Positions 12,622-28,039 are shown, numbered from the stretch's first letter. The stretch: DNA of 64,000 nucleotides from Adineta vaga (GCA_021613535.1 CP075494.1:1984001-2048000); one strand, 5' to 3'. The notes: generated by a model not told the origin, from the letters alone. Numbers and translations: made by a program.

Positions 12622-13738
12622 ATGGCACATACTGCACTTGACGATGAAGAAATTATTGAATATTTTGATACACCAGGTATATTGTACATGTTTTTTTTCG
12701 ATTCTTCTTTATCATCGCGTTATATTCATAGATGAACTTGATCCGAAAATCAAAACTTTAGCAGATTTTATTCGAAATGCAAAACATTTTATTGTCTATA
12801 CTGGAGCAGGTAGGCGATACTTATTTCTTTGAAACAAAAGACATTTTTAATATAAATATGATAATTATAGGTATATCGACAGCAGCTGGTATCAATGACT
12901 TTCGTGGTCCTACAGGTGTTTGGACATCACGAGCAAAAGGTGTTGCCCCACCACCACGAACTGTTGTCAATCCAGAACCAACATTGACACATATGGCATT
13001 CGTTGAGTTAATGAGAAATGGTTATCTAAAATTCTTAGTTTCTCAAAATTGTGATGGTCTTCATCTAAAAAGTGGAATAACAACGAATAAAATTGCTGAA
13101 CTTCACGGAAATTCGAATTGTGAAGCTTGTGCAAAGTGTGGCAAAGTTTATTATAGACAAACACGTGTTAAATCGGTTGAGGGTAAAAGCCGACTAACTG
13201 GAAATATGTGCACAACACCAGATTGTAATGGACGTCTACGTCGAACTACTGTCGCATTTTCTCAATCAATGCCTGGCGTTTGTATCGATCGAGCAACTGA
13301 AGAATCAAAAAAGTGTGATTTAAGTTTATGTATGGGAACATCGATGCGAGTTTCACCTGCATGTGATCTTCCAACTATGAATTTAAAGTCTAGAAAGAAG
13401 AAATTGGTTATCGCTAGTAAGTAAAACTTTTTCTTTTACATAATATTTTCTCTATCATTGAACATATAGATTTACAGAAAACACCATATGATGATCAATG
13501 TGCATTGAGAATATTTGCACGATGCGATGAAGTGATGAAAATGGTTATGAAAGAATTAAATTTGATGATTCCATCTTATACAGATTTACAGTTATGGTCC
13601 AATGCACAATGGTTGACAGATTTCGAACAGAATTGGCCTTTTCGGTGAGCATAGTAAGGAAAAGTGTCAATATATAGTATATATTCTTTTCATTGTAGAA
13701 CTGCTGGTGATACAGATTGGTTTTCAGGAGATATTTAA
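12622..13738 (+). CDS. NAD-dependent sirtuin, class IV (SIRT6/7-like), 5 exons
   Basis: YTGA/GISTAAGINDFRGPTGVWT, SQNCDGLH, AELHGN, Zn-binding CAKC...C..PDC, and GTSMRVSPA. Confidence 0.9.
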
Positions 13739-15803
13739 GTCTATTTATTGCTTATATGCTAAATATTGTTTTATAATATATGATGTTCATTAAATATATC
13801 AGAAACAGATTAACGTGACAATCACTCCATTTCACTAAGATACTGAAGTCAATATACTGTAGTAAAGTACATTGAGGGTGTGAGTAAAAAAGAGACATTC
13901 CTATCCAAACAACATCATACTCAGGTACCTATCAGAGAATTGCGTTCGACGTAGATTTTGGATAAATAGGTTGAAAGATAAAAGTTACATTAAGTAATTT
14001 TAATGTATGTTCTCATCTATGTAATTGTTTTACTACTAATGATTGATTCATACTATTTACATATAAATTTTATCACTTACCGCATGCGTTTGTAAGTCTC
14101 TTGAAAGTATTAATTTCTGTCAATCATTCATTTTCATTATGTCATATTAAACAATTAATAAACGAAGGCAGTACACTTGCTTGTGCAAAATAATCGCTAA
14201 GTTGTAAGAACCATTTTTTAGTATACAAAAGAGAACTCGCACCAACACTACGTTGGATACATTAAGTCATTTGGTTTCATAAAGCGACCGGAAGTTGTTT
14301 ACTTATTAAAAATTGGCGCAACTATTTCTGTCCATATACAGGCGATAGATTGCTACTGTTGTCATGTGAAGGCGCAAACCTTAGGCTTTTGTTGTCCAAT
14401 GGAAAACAATTTTCTGTACAGATTCGTAGCAAAAAAAATGTTTTTACACAAAGCAACAGCAACGCCGTATTTACAAGACCGTCAATCTAGATTATCTTCT
14501 GACCGCACCCAACGAATACAATCAAAATGAAACTGTTCTTTTTTTATAGATGTAAAGTTAACTATTTTTGTACGATACTAGTTACTTATTACTTTATTTA
14601 TTTCTGTAAATTGGCGTGTACATTTATACACATATGTGTATCAATATTTTATTTAAGCTTAACATTTCTATTTTCCCATAAAACAAATAAATGCTAAACT
14701 TACCTCATATAGTTATAAAGTAAAATATTTATTAAAAAGTAGTACCTGTTATTAATTTTCTTATCTACTATCTGCCTATATAAATATGCTCTCGGTTGAT
14801 CAGCTCTGATATAGTTGACAGCTCTGTCAAATCAAGTTTTTGTTCTTTGGATGATATGAAATTTCGACAATAGTGCAAGGAGAATATGACTTAAGTATTT
14901 GCGAGAAGGATGTATAGCTTTGGCAATTCGTCTTTCTTCAATTGAGTACCTTATAGCGGTGTAGGATTAAGTATAAACGGAATATGAGTGGAGTAGGGTG
15001 GAGTAGTTTACCAACAAAAATGGAAAGATATAGAAGACAACAAAGAATTCTTTATATAGATATACCAAATCGAAGATTTGTTTGAGGGTGTGTTCTCGCA
15101 TCTTCATACATAGCTTTCGTTCTCTATTGTGAAACGTTCGTATAAAGAATCAAAGTTTATCAACTTAGGATCGTTTGAGTAGCTCATATCGAAAGGAAAA
15201 GGTAATAATCTATACATAGACTCTGTAAAGAAGCATCTTTTTTTATCAAAACAGTGAGTGATACAAAATGATGTTATTTTTTTCTAAACTTATTTTCTTT
15301 TCATGTTTTAATTCAATATTTTTTTACAGATCGTGTTCCACAATTAAAAGATTGATTGGTACTATGTTTTGTTTCTTTCGAAGACTGATCTATCCTTAAA
15401 CTATGAATTTCGATCTTTGAATAGCATTTCCGAAACAGCCTTTCGTATCTCTTTTTAATTTTTATGAATAGAGAATCAAAAACTGATGTTTTAATTATCC
15501 GATTGACTATTAATATTATTGTAGTTCTGTATAACTTCTATAATGGTACAATGAAAAAAATGTAATACCTAACAAAAACTTTTCCTCGGTAATCTGGCAG
15601 TACCAGGTCATTGATACGTCACTCATCCATACGCGCTCTATGTTACGATTAGCAATGTTTGGATAGAAAAGATATTTTATACTTATTTGCAAACGGTTAA
15701 ATAATAGTATGATAAGCATAAATGTGGCTATATGCCTCTGGCGTGATACCGATTTGATCATTTCATTATTCTTTTTGTGCTGATGAGAGGAAAAAGCGCG
15801 ATA

Positions 15804-18800
15804 ATGTATCTTTTCTTTAATACATTGGGTTTCATTCTGCCTCTGGTAACCCCATCATTTCTCATGTATTATACTGATTTGTCTACTGAAAGTTATTATT
15901 CGGATTGCTTATACTTCTATCGTTCTTATATGGAAAGATCAGATTCATGGGAACTGTTTCCTTATTGTACACGACATGAAAATGAACGACAATCAGAATG
16001 TTTTCATGGGCAATCAATTTCATACGGTCAACTGAAAGAAAAACAAATCTCCAGTATCACTCTAATTTCATGGAATATTCCAATCGAAGTGATCGATACT
16101 TATCTTTCGTCATATGCAGCATCGAACGACGAGTTTATCTGTAATTGCACCGATCAATACTTTGGTCCTCGTTGTGAATATTCGTACGATTATCCTGTCG
16201 AAGCAGAATTCAAGAATCTTGTTTATAGGCAACTGTCATCACGCACAAAAATGACATATTCCCAAGTAAATTCTACGAATGTAACGTGCTATCAAGGTTT
16301 AATTAGTCAGATATGTAATCAAACGGTTATATGTCTAGATTGGCGTCAGATTTGTGATGGAGTTATTGATTGTGCCAATGGAATTGATGAAAACGAATGT
16401 TTGTCATTGGAATCGAATCAATGTGATGATCAGACCAACGAATATCGCTGTATGGATGGTCGTTGTATTGCCCGTAATTTTCTCTTCGACAAACAGTTTG
16501 ACTGTATGGACAAAACCGATGAAAGTGAAAATGTTTACCTATTGGAACACGATTGCCTGTGGGAACCTTCGATTGTTTGTGAAGAGCTGTGGCATCCTCA
16601 GCGCTATGAATATCAATGCGGTGATGGTGGAGTACCGCAAATGGAAACCTGTGGCAATAACAGAGATGCCATATATTATAGAAATTTGTTCCAGTATCCT
16701 GGCGATGAAAGCACTAGACTTACTCCAAGTTGCTGGATTTATTTGCTCTGTATTTCGGGCATGCAGGATCTATTTGGCTATAACAGTTCATTTTGTGCCG
16801 ATTTGATGAATATTAAGCTTGATTCTTATCATGAAATGTATGCTCTTCCTACTACTCGGAAATATTTCAAAACTTTTTGTCCTTCAAATGTGTATATTAC
16901 TTTTCCGCCCAGGCCAATCGTAAGCACATTTGTTTACCTTGTTTATATTGAGAACTCCTTTACTGATTCTATCGCTAAGCAATATTGGACATATCCTGAT
17001 TATGTTTGCTTCGACTACAATGTCTGCTCATATGTATTTCCGTCATCACTACATTCAACAATGATAAGGATAAACAATTTAACTTGTCTGTTTACTCGTG
17101 ATTTAATGAATGAAAACAGAGTACCTAAAGGAGAAAAACTAAAATCATTCTATCGATATATTAGACAATTGTTCTCATCATGTACTAACTATCTTAACAT
17201 TCAAAACGATATACAAAATCTCTTCTATTGTCCTATATCTAAAAGATACATATCAACGTATCGTACGTTAGACTTCAAAGCTGATTGCTTCTTTCTTGAA
17301 GATAGAAAGATTGATGACACATGTGCATTGAATTTAACCGATGTATTTCAATGTGTTAATGAGCCAACAAGGTGTCTGACAAGGTATCTAGTGGCTTGGG
17401 AAGGTTGCAATTATCTTTCGAATGAGCTATATCCAGGTATATGCAATTTGCCGAGCGATTTCGGTTGTCGATTTCTGCGAGGTAACTCATTACCTCCCGT
17501 TTATTTTATTTTTCAAGAAATTTGTAATGGAAATACGAAAATGGAATACGAGATTGATGGCGAAACTGATGAAACAAACTGTAATGAATGGATTTCAACT
17601 TTCAATCTACAAAATAATTTATGCGATGGAATTTGGGACAACGAAAATGGATCGGATGAACTTGACTGTGAAAATACAATTGTATATGATATAAGCAAGC
17701 AATGTAGTATTCATGAGCATTATTGTGCTCATCAAAATAAATCCGAACTTGGCTGTTTACCCGTTGAAAAAGCCGGCGATGGAATAATCGACTGCCTAGG
17801 AGCAAGTGATGAGCGACATGTTTACTGTAAATCCGGCAGCAAGCATTACAAATGTCTAAGCGACACGCAATGCATTGCTATTACATATCTATGTGATGGT
17901 AAGCAAGACTGCCCAATGAATGATGATGAAGAACTGTGCCCTTGGTTGGCTAACATCAAAATAGCCAATAATAATATGTTTGTATGCCAAAACGGTATGC
18001 GACTTGACAGAATAGGTCAGAGATGTGATAGCATTATTGATTGTCCGCATGGGGAAGATGAATGGCTCTGTGATCTAATACGAACACAAACATCTGTTCC
18101 GTTTTCTTTCCACATTCGTATCGGTAACTATCCTCCTATTGATATTTCGTCTCCTTCATCAGTTTCGACATCGACTCTTTCGTCATCGACTATGAAATCA
18201 ATTACTACATCAACATCAATCATCAATTCTACATGGTACTGCCATCGTGGTATTGCTATTCATTATCTAGACGCTGTCGTTCGCTGTCTCTGTCCACCAG
18301 CCTATTACGGTCGAATGTGTGAATATCAAAGTGATCGTGTGACAGTTTTTCTTCGTCTAATCGTGCCTAGTAGTCTTGCTCGACGAGAGAACACAGTTAA
18401 TCAATTGCCTTCATTAATAAAAATTCTCATTCAGCTGATGGTTTACGAAACAACAGTTTATCACGAACAACTGAGTGATGTTCCTGGACATAGACATATC
18501 TTTTATTTGTTACTTCCTATGAATTCAACAAAAGTCGAGCGAAAAAACACTTTTATTCGTATCAATACTTTTCGGATTACGAGTCGCAATATCGAACATT
18601 TAACAGCAGCAAAATATTATCTCCCATTTCCGTTTCTGCCTGTCAATCGCTTGTCACTTGAACTTCTTCTATTAACAAATCGTGCATGTCAACAGACTCC
18701 CTGTGGTACACATGGTCACTGTAAAGTGTATCTGAACTCCAATGAGAGTTATTGTGTTTGTGATTTGAATTGGATGGGACCATATTGTAACATTAGTACA

Positions 18801-20621
18801 ACTGACTGTCATCGTGATGCCAAGTGTATTCAGTCAACTGACACGAATCATATCTGTGTATGTCCACTTGGCCGATTTGGCTCTCGATGTTTTGCGTCGT
18901 TCAATCCTTGCAGAGTAGACAGCTGTTCTTCCCGTGGACAATGCTATCCTACTGATCAACGAACAACAAAATACGCGTGTCAGTGTCATTCTGGCTATTT
19001 TGGTGAAAAGTGCGAGTTTCAAGAAGCAAAACTCCAAGTTTCCTTTGAATTACAGGAAGAAATTCAAGCGGGTATAATAATATTTGCTGATTTGCATTCA
19101 TCTCAAACGGGTCTTCTCTTTATTAATCATCGTGTACTTCTCAGTAGTGTTCACATGTACGATCAAATGGTGATAAGTAATGAGAATGAAGCAGCCGTCT
19201 CTCGTTTTGTTCTACTAGACACATTTGGAGTTGATATGAGCGATCACCATCTATATGTTCTTGTAGTTCGCAAAAAGCAGACTCACAAATTCTTGAGTAC
19301 TAGAGCGGTCGATTCAAATCATTGTTCTTATGTTGATTCTCTTTTTTTGAACAAGACATTGTCTACTCTAGCACCGTTAGCTAAAGTCAAATACTACGCA
19401 CGACTTTGCTGGTATAATCCGCAAGTCAAATGTTTCTATGACGATGCTTATTTATGCTTCTGTGATATTGTCAGTGCACCCGATTGTCTTGTCTTCATAC
19501 AGGAACCAACCATCTGCGACAAATTATCTACGAATCCTTGTGCTCATGGTGGACGTTGTATTCAAATTTCTAGCGAAAAGATCTGGGACTTTACATGTGC
19601 TTGTCCTAAATGTACTTATGGGGCACTTTGTCAGCTTAGTATTGAAAAATATACTCTTTCATTTGACGTTCTTTTCGGTAGACAGATTCGTCCTGGTCGT
19701 CCGCTTTCTGAATAATCCGAACTAGTGAAGATTTGTGTTGGTATCATAGCTTGTATGATATTCATTGGTTTAATTTTTAATTCACTATCATTTATTATAT
19801 TTATACAACCGCGTGCTCGCACTGTTGGTGTTGGATTTTATCTACTTATATTGACTATACTCAATCAATCTGGGCTATTCCTCTTCGGTGCCAAATTTTT
19901 ACTTGTTCTTCTTACTCATTTGAGTAATTCATCATCAATGAGTCATCAAGCTTTGTTTCGTAGTTGTGCCACAATTGAATATCTTCTCAGTATTGTGTTT
20001 AGTCTATCGGACTGGCTCGGCGTATGCGTTTCGTTTGAGAGAGTCATCAATGTAGTCAAAGGATCCAGCTTTTCTAAAGCGATGAGTCGTCGTTTAGTAA
20101 AATATGTTTGTTCCGGTCTTTTTGTTTTCATCGCAGCAAGTTTTATTCATCAACCTTTGAATGTAAATTTAATTACAGACCCGCGTTCCTCCACTGTTTG
20201 GTGTGTCAAAAGTATTCATTCAAGTTGGCTTCAAAAATATGAATCAATCGTATATCTCATTCATCTAATAGCTCCATTTACCTGCAATTTTCTCGCAGCA
20301 GTTTTTCTTCTGGTGCTTCTCACTCGTCTTAAAGCAAGAGTAAAGAGTCAAGTGATTATAAAAACATTTCGGCAACAATTGTATGATCACAAACGTCTGA
20401 TCATTAGTCCTATAATCTTAGTTCTTCTGGGACTACCTCGCCTCATCCTTTCTCTTATCAACGCTTGTACAAACCAATATTGGCTTAATGTTCTTTTTAT
20501 CAGCGCCTATCTTATTTCATATCTGCCTTCAATTGGCACATTTGTTATTTTTATTCTTCCTGCAAATTCTTACAAAAATTCGTTACGTGCAACATGGAGG
20601 AAACTATGTAAACAATGCTAA
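15804..20621 (+). CDS. LDLa/EGF-repeat ectodomain plus rhodopsin-like 7TM receptor, interrupted by one in-frame TAA at 19713-19715
   Basis: Signal peptide, multiple LDLa repeats (CDGVIDCANGIDE), EGF repeats, then 7TM (VSFERV) continuing in the same frame after the stop. No introns seen. Confidence 0.85.
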
Positions 20622-21541
20622 AGTGACTTGTAGATATTGTGTATTTCCTGATGCTAACATTGATTTGAGAGTGGAATAATGTGGATGAGAGGAAGTGCAA
20701 TCATTGGTTGCGGCCTCGGTCAAGGCTCTCATCACATGACTTAATTATTTAAAGTGACTTAAATATATTCAAGTTGATTTGTAAAACTTAGTGCCGATTT
20801 AAAAGGATTGAATGCAAAATATTTGTTTTTTTTAGAAAAGGAAAAAAGTATCTGTGTTTAGGGTCGGTGTGGTTATAGTCTTTCACTCATACATATTGCA
20901 CACACCCACCCAAAGGAATGAAACTGACACTGATAACATATAATAATCTTAACAGAATATTCTTTTTACACGTAGTAATACTAAAAAACCGGTTTATCTT
21001 TAATATTGACGTAAAGTCATGCTGAAAAAGACGAATAAAAGAATTTAAAAAAAAGATATACGACGCACAGGAATAAAATATTATTTTGAAAGAATTACTT
21101 GTGACAATCTCTCTGACATGCGCTGTACGCGTGATACGGTTTTTCTCATCTAATGGATTATCCTTATTTCTGTACATTCTGATGTACTTTGATAGAATAT
21201 TTTCTTGCGTTCTCTTCTGTAGGGACGAGTATATAAACACGTGTTTTGTATTAGAACGATGCGATTTTAGAGGAAGAAATAAATAAACGCGTAGTTCCAT
21301 CAGCGCATACATCTCTTCCATCAAAAATCGTCACATTACTGTTTCATTATATATTCAAAACACATAGTTTATTTGAAAATATTTGCTTTGCTTCACTCTA
21401 TACACAAACATCTAAGGTTTTTTTCAGTTGTTTCTTTTTTCTCTCGTGCTATAATTTATTTCAAGAGCAGCAACGAAAGAAAAACCCAGTAAATATTTGT
21501 GTTCTATAGAAGAAGAAGAGAAAAGCAAAGCTTCATTAAAA

Positions 21542-24500
21542 ATGTCTAATATTCGACATCATCAACCTATGAAACCACGACGTTTTCATTCTACAAATCG
21601 AACTAATTATAATGCACATCAACAAACTTCTCGATCAAACTCAGATGTCAATCGGTAATTTCTCTCAGTTAATGAATTGTACTATAATAAAACGATTTTT
21701 TTAGAAATCGAAATTGGAATTCTAAGAGTTTTCCCATTAAACGTCATTCTACAACAACATCTGATACTCCGTATGTTTTCATTTAAAATAAAAATATCCA
21801 TAAAATTGTTTTTCACTTTTTCTTAGCGCAACAAAACGACCATGTTTACCTGCAGTTTCATATCGGACCCTCACTAACCTATTGGATAAACCACCCGATG
21901 AGATTCTTACGGAAATGGTTCATTCAAATTTTCAATTAAATCAATTTTTAAATGATAAACGTATTCAAGAACGATATGATTGGATCTATTCAATGACAGT
22001 GCTACTTGAGAAAATAACCTACTGTAATCAATCACGAGAACGTATTGTAACGATTTTCGAACAATTACCAAATACACTTTATCTCGAAGGTGTTTATGAA
22101 GAAATTCGAAAAATTGATCCAGAAACTAAACAAATACGTTTTGAATTTATTAAATTATTTCTTAAAATTCTCAACAAATTTCTTTCAATGATGCCTCATT
22201 CAGCTGATGGTTTCACAAAAATTTCCGAACGTCTTGAATTACAATTTACTAAAATTCAATCAGATTCCCAAGTATAACGAATTTAAATTTAAAATTAGTC
22301 ATCATTCAATTTTCTTTCAGGAATTTATCGATGCGAAAGAAATCTTAAATGAAGTTCTTGAACGCAGACAAGAAATTGAGAAAAAAGAAGAAATTATTAT
22401 TAGTAATATTGGTCAACCACCGAATAATTATCGTCAATTATCCATCGTTCCGGATATACGAGAACTTTTATCTGATGAACGACCGTATCTTAGAAAGAAT
22501 ATCATCAATGGTGTTTATGAAAATGCTCAACAATATCTTGATGTAAGATTCGATCAATTTGTACATTTTAAATATGAAAATTTGTTGTTTTTTCAAGATT
22601 CATTTTCGTCTTTTACGCGAAGATTTTGTTGGACCATTACGCGATGGAATTCGAGACTATTTATCGAAAAGTGAACGAAAAAATCACAATATACGAATAT
22701 ATGAAAATGTTCATTTACGTGGTTCAAGATTAACTCAACGAAATGGACTTGTTTATGATTTAGTTTTAGATCACAAAATAGCATCGAGAATTTTCTGGAC
22801 AAATAGTCGCCGATTAATCTATGGAAATCTACTTCTTCTTACATTCAATAATTTCCAATCTTGTTCATTTGTTACTGTTGAAGATCGTTCACAAATTGAA
22901 AAGAATTTTATTATATCAGTAAATTGATCTTTTCATTTTGTCTTTTTCTTATTTCATTTAATCATAGGTTAAAACATTAGATGATGAACAAGTTCAAAAT
23001 GATTTGGATACAATTGATCCTTCATGTTCATTAACAATGATTGAAACAACAACATATTTTGAAGCATATCGACCAGTTTTAGATGCATTACAAAACATCC
23101 TCGCTGATCATCGATTTCCTCTTACTCCATTTCTTCTTAAATTAACTAATGAGAGAATATCACCGGATTATATCAAATCAACAACAACCTATGATTTTAC
23201 ACCACTTCTTGTTGGTCCCGATTCACATGTTCAGTCAAGTTTAACGAATCATAAACAATTTAAATTAAAATACCAACAAGAAGCTCAAATTGACAATAAA
23301 TATAAAACCGTTTCCGTTTTGAATCAAAACGGATGGCCAACAAGTGAACAGTTACATTTAAATCCAAAACAATACGAAGCATTAATTTTAGCTCTAACAA
23401 ATAAAGTCGCACTTATACAAGGACGTAAGTTTAACACTACATTTCGAAAGAAAGATTCGATTTTTCCTTGTTTATTTAGCACCAGGAACTGGAAAAACAT
23501 TTCTTGGTGTGCGAATAACAGAAATGCTTTTACATAATCGATCAGTTTGGTGTCCATCACAAGAACAAGCAACACCAATTCTGATGATTTGTTATACAAA
23601 TCATGCATTGGATCAATTTTTAGAATTAATTGTCGAACGATTAAATATACAGAAAGGTTTGAATGAAGACTATAGATTTTCTAGTTATACGTTTTATTCA
23701 TTTTTCTTATAGGTATTGTTCGTGTTGGAAGTCAATGTCAAAATCCTAAAATTCAACAATTTTCATTACAAAATGCCCGTCGCTCTGCTCGAGAATATCG
23801 TTCTCTACCTAACGATGTCTGTAAGCGAAGATGTGAGATATTCCAAGAAAAACTAGCAACTGAAGCAAAGTTAAAATCATTTCAACACGAAATGGAACTA
23901 TCCCAAACAACTATAGTACATCTTTCATCATTTAGTCAATATTCTATCATTAATAATAGACATTTATTCTCATTCACATCAATTGAGAATAATACGGATG
24001 CCGATAAGGCATTTTTTCAATGGCTTGGTTTTCAAAATATATTAGAATCAAAGAACTTCGAAATGAATGAGAATTTCAAAAGAAATAAACGAAATGATAT
24101 ATGCGAAGAAGAGGAAGAAGAAGAACAACGTCGACGAGATGAAATTAATATGGAAGAAGAGGAATATTCGTCTCCATTGGTTAGAGAAAATCGAGATGTA
24201 GAGAAAAAATCAAATGATATTGATCAATTAGTTCAACGTATCATTCAAAAGTCCACCACTTTGAATGATGAAACAATTCGATACATAAGTGATAATCTTT
24301 GGGAACTTAAGTGGGAACAACGTTATGATTTATATCGTTATTGGCTTTGGGAATATCAAAAACAATTACATAATTCTATCAGTAATCATAGTCGAGTCTA
24401 TAATCAAGTTTCATCAGCTCTTGCTGAACATCGTCAAGACGAAGATTATTATCTTTTAAAAGATAGTATTATCGTTGCTATGACAACCACATGTGCTGCA

Positions 24501-27500
24501 AAATATCATACAATATTAGAAAAACTTAGTAAGAAAATTCTTTTTTTTCAATTCGAATAAAAAATTTCATTCTAGAAAGTAAAATTGTGATTGTTGAAGA
24601 AGCAGCTGCGATATTCGAAGCACATGTTATAACTGCTTTAAATTCCAAATGTGAACATTTAATTTTAATTGGTGATCATGTTCAATTAAAACCCAATCCA
24701 AATGTATATCATCTTGGAACGAAATATCATCTTGATGTTTCTTTATTCGAACGTTTAATTAAAAATAAACTTCCCAATGTTCGATTAAATATTCAACATC
24801 GAATGCGACCGGAAATCTCTCGCCTTATGAAACATTTCTATGATGATTTAGAAGATCATCAGAGTGTTCAAACTGATCGCGAATCTATCAGTGGAATTGA
24901 TACAAATGTATTTTTTATTAATCATTCAAATATGGAAACAACTATTGATGATGGAAGTTCAAAACGAAATGAATATGAAGCAAAATATGTGATTGAATTA
25001 GCTCAATATTTAATTAAACAAGGTTATCAATCGAAACAAATCACGATTCTTGTAATGTATCTTGGTCAACGACAGTTCATTGCTAAACAAGCGAAATCGA
25101 TACGAAATCTACAGGGAGTTCGAATTCTGGTATTTTATATTTCTTGTTGAAGAAAATGTTTTGACGCTTTTTCTTTTCATAGGTGACGGATAACTATCAA
25201 GGTGAAGAAAATGATATTATTATCTTATCGTTAGTTCGTAGTAATGTAGAAAAACAAATTGGTTTTCTTAAAATTCATAATCGAATATGTGTGGCTTTAT
25301 CACGTGCACGTTGTGGATTATTTGTCATTGGAAATATGAATTTGTTGGGAGAAGTTGACGAAATGTGGAAGAAAATCATTTCATCTCTATTGGAAACAAA
25401 TCAAATTGGAAAAGGTTTAGTTGAGGAAAAAATTCAATCAATAAAAATGATCTTTTTCTATGTGAATAGGATTAACACTTTCTTGTCGACAACATCCACA
25501 AGATCGAATTCTTGCTGATAAACCTGAATCATTTGCACAACGTCCTGAAGGTGGTTGTCGAAAAACATGTGATACTCGACTTGAATGTGGTCATCGTTGC
25601 GAATTAACGTGTCATAATTATGATTTAGAGTAAAAGATAAAAAAAATGAATAATTTTCTTTCAAAAATATTCTTTTTCATTTCAGACATGGCAATATCGT
25701 TTGCCATAAAAAATGTTCTGAACGATTATCATGTGGTCATTTATGCACGAAAAAATGTCATTTTCAAACACCAGATCAACATAGTTCTTGTTATATTTCT
25801 GTTGAAAAGATCATTCCAGAATGTGGTCATAAGATTCAGATTGAATGTTGTGAAAATCCGACAAATCAAGATTGTAAAAAGGCAACATTAAAACAACTAC
25901 CTTGTAATCATATGGTCGAAGTTCCATGTCGAATTATTTCATCACTAAATGAATTAAAACGATTTTCTTGTCCAAAACCATGTGAAACAATACTTGAATG
26001 CACACATAAATGTGTTGGGAAGTGCGGACAATGTTATGCAGGACGATTACATGTTCCATGTGGAGAAAAATGTAAACGTGAATTGATATGTTCACATGTA
26101 AATTTATCGATTGAAGAAAGATTAAGTTCATGTTTAGATTTGTTTTTGTAGGTTTGTAAAGCATCTTGTACTATTGATTGTCCACCTTGTTCACGTGAAT
26201 GTCAAATACATTGTGTACATTCGCGATGTAAGAAGAAATGTGGAGAGATATGTTCACCATGCAAAGAGGTTTTATTTCATTCGTTTATATAAATTATCAT
26301 GAACGTTTTTGAATTTAGCAATGTGATTATCGATGTAAACATTTTCGATGTACTCGTCAATGTTCTGAACTATGTGATCGCGGGCCGTGTAATGAACCAT
26401 GTTACCGGAAATTAAGATGCGGTCATTCTTGTAAGTTTAAATTGCAAATCAAATCAAATCGAATCGAATATTTTTGAATAGGTATTGGCATGTGTGGTGA
26501 ACTATGTCCTCGAGAATGTCGTATATGTGATAAAGACAAAGTTGAAGAAACATTCTTTGGTACTGAAGATGAACCTGATGCACGATTTATTGTTCTACCT
26601 GATTGTAGACATATATGTAATGCATTTGAAATGTTTTGAAGGTTATTTCGTAATGAAATTTTATTTAGTTGAAGTTACTTCACTCGATAGATTTATGGAA
26701 GATTTTGTAAAGAAATCGGATGGACAAACAGCGATTCGTTTTCCTGAATGTCCACTTTGTCGACAAAAGGTATATGAATGTAAACGATATACGCCAATTA
26801 TTAATCAAGCATATGATTTAATCATTCAAGTGAAAAAGAAAATCTTAGGTAATAAATCTAAGGAAGAAATCAATAGTCGACGAAAACAATTAGTCGACAA
26901 ATATGAACGAATTAGAAAAAATTTCCAAGAAATTCAATTCAATGCATCGATGGAAAGATTTTTTTCAATTTTATACAAAGATAATCACTGCTTTTCGGAT
27001 GATAAGTTAAATTTAATAACAAATACGATGACATTTCTTCAAGAAATTTATAAAATTCGAATGGATGGAAGTGAGAAATTACAAAATCATTTATTTGAAG
27101 AACAAGTTAATGAACCATTAAATCAGATTATGAAATATTTCTTTAAACAAGAACGAAATTTTGCCGAACAACAATTAAACGATATTCAATCGGAATTGGA
27201 ACGTATTCGTCGAGTCATTTGTATTGAAACATTTATTTGTTCATTAAAACAAAATTTAGAAGAAAACGAAAAAGAAGGTTTGAAATCAATGCGAGATTTA
27301 ACACGAAAATCTGGTCGATTTACTGATCAAGATCAAGAAAAATTTGATGAATTAATGAAAAAATTTCAACATTTAACTCATTTACCTGGTTTAGGAATTA
27401 CTGACGACGAACGAATACAGATTGTTCGTGCTTTTAATATGGGAAAAGGTCATTGGTATACCTGCCCAAATGGTCATCCTTATATTATCACTGAAGTAAG

Positions 27501-27705
27501 ATCTTTAATTTCTTTCTGTTAAACTGACTTCAAATATATTCTTTAGTGTGGTGGAGCAAATCAAGAAAGTCAATGCCCACAATGCCAAGAACGAATTGGT
27601 GGCCAAAATCATCGTTTATTAGATACAAATCGACATTTTGGTGTAATGGATGGTTCACAACATTCAGCTTGGTCAAACGAAGCAAATTTAAACGTGCCGC
27701 GCTAA
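21542..27705 (+). CDS. ZNFX1: NFX1-type zinc finger-containing helicase, multi-exon
   Basis: HFRLLREDF, Walker A QG/PPGTGKT, TNHALDQ, IVEEAA, IGDHVQL, QHRMRPEI, NYQGEE, VALSRA, NF-X1 Cys/His fingers, and a C-terminal RZ finger GHWYTCPNGHPY..ECGG...CPQC..IGG. Confidence 0.93.
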
Positions 27706-27845
27706 TATTTTCTTTTGTTTGTCTCATTCCTTTCTATTTTATAAAAGCACGTACAGAAATAATCCAAGAGAAAAAAAAGAATCTTTTGTCATTTGCTCGT
27801 ATTAACAATAAACTTATCTTCTCGTTCAATGGTCAGCTGAAATTG

Positions 27846-28039
27846 ATCTAGTTGAAAGTTATGAAATATTTCCCATGACTTAGAAACAGCAAAATTTTAT
27901 AATTGTACTGAAGAATGGTTTGGTTCGTCTTGTCAATATACATTCAACGCATAAGATTTTACATTTGATGATATTGTTCTTATGACATTCGCAGAAAAGT
28001 CAAATGATATGTTCGATACAATATTATTGAATGATACTT
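27846..28039 (+). pseudogene. LDLa-7TM family gene fragment A
   Basis: FYNCTEEWFGSSCQYTFNA*DFTFDDIV...FDTILLNDT, homologous to CNCTDQYFGPRCEY in the 15804 gene; contains a stop. Confidence 0.7.

Noticed and set aside
19713-20740. Selenocysteine or programmed readthrough using the hairpin near 20680-20737
   Set aside because: The stop is TAA, not TGA, and the hairpin looks like a degenerate telomere-like palindrome.
24587-24625. ZNFX1 Walker B region EEAAAI instead of the usual EEAAEV
   Set aside because: The catalytic acidic pair is intact, so there is no evidence of inactivation.
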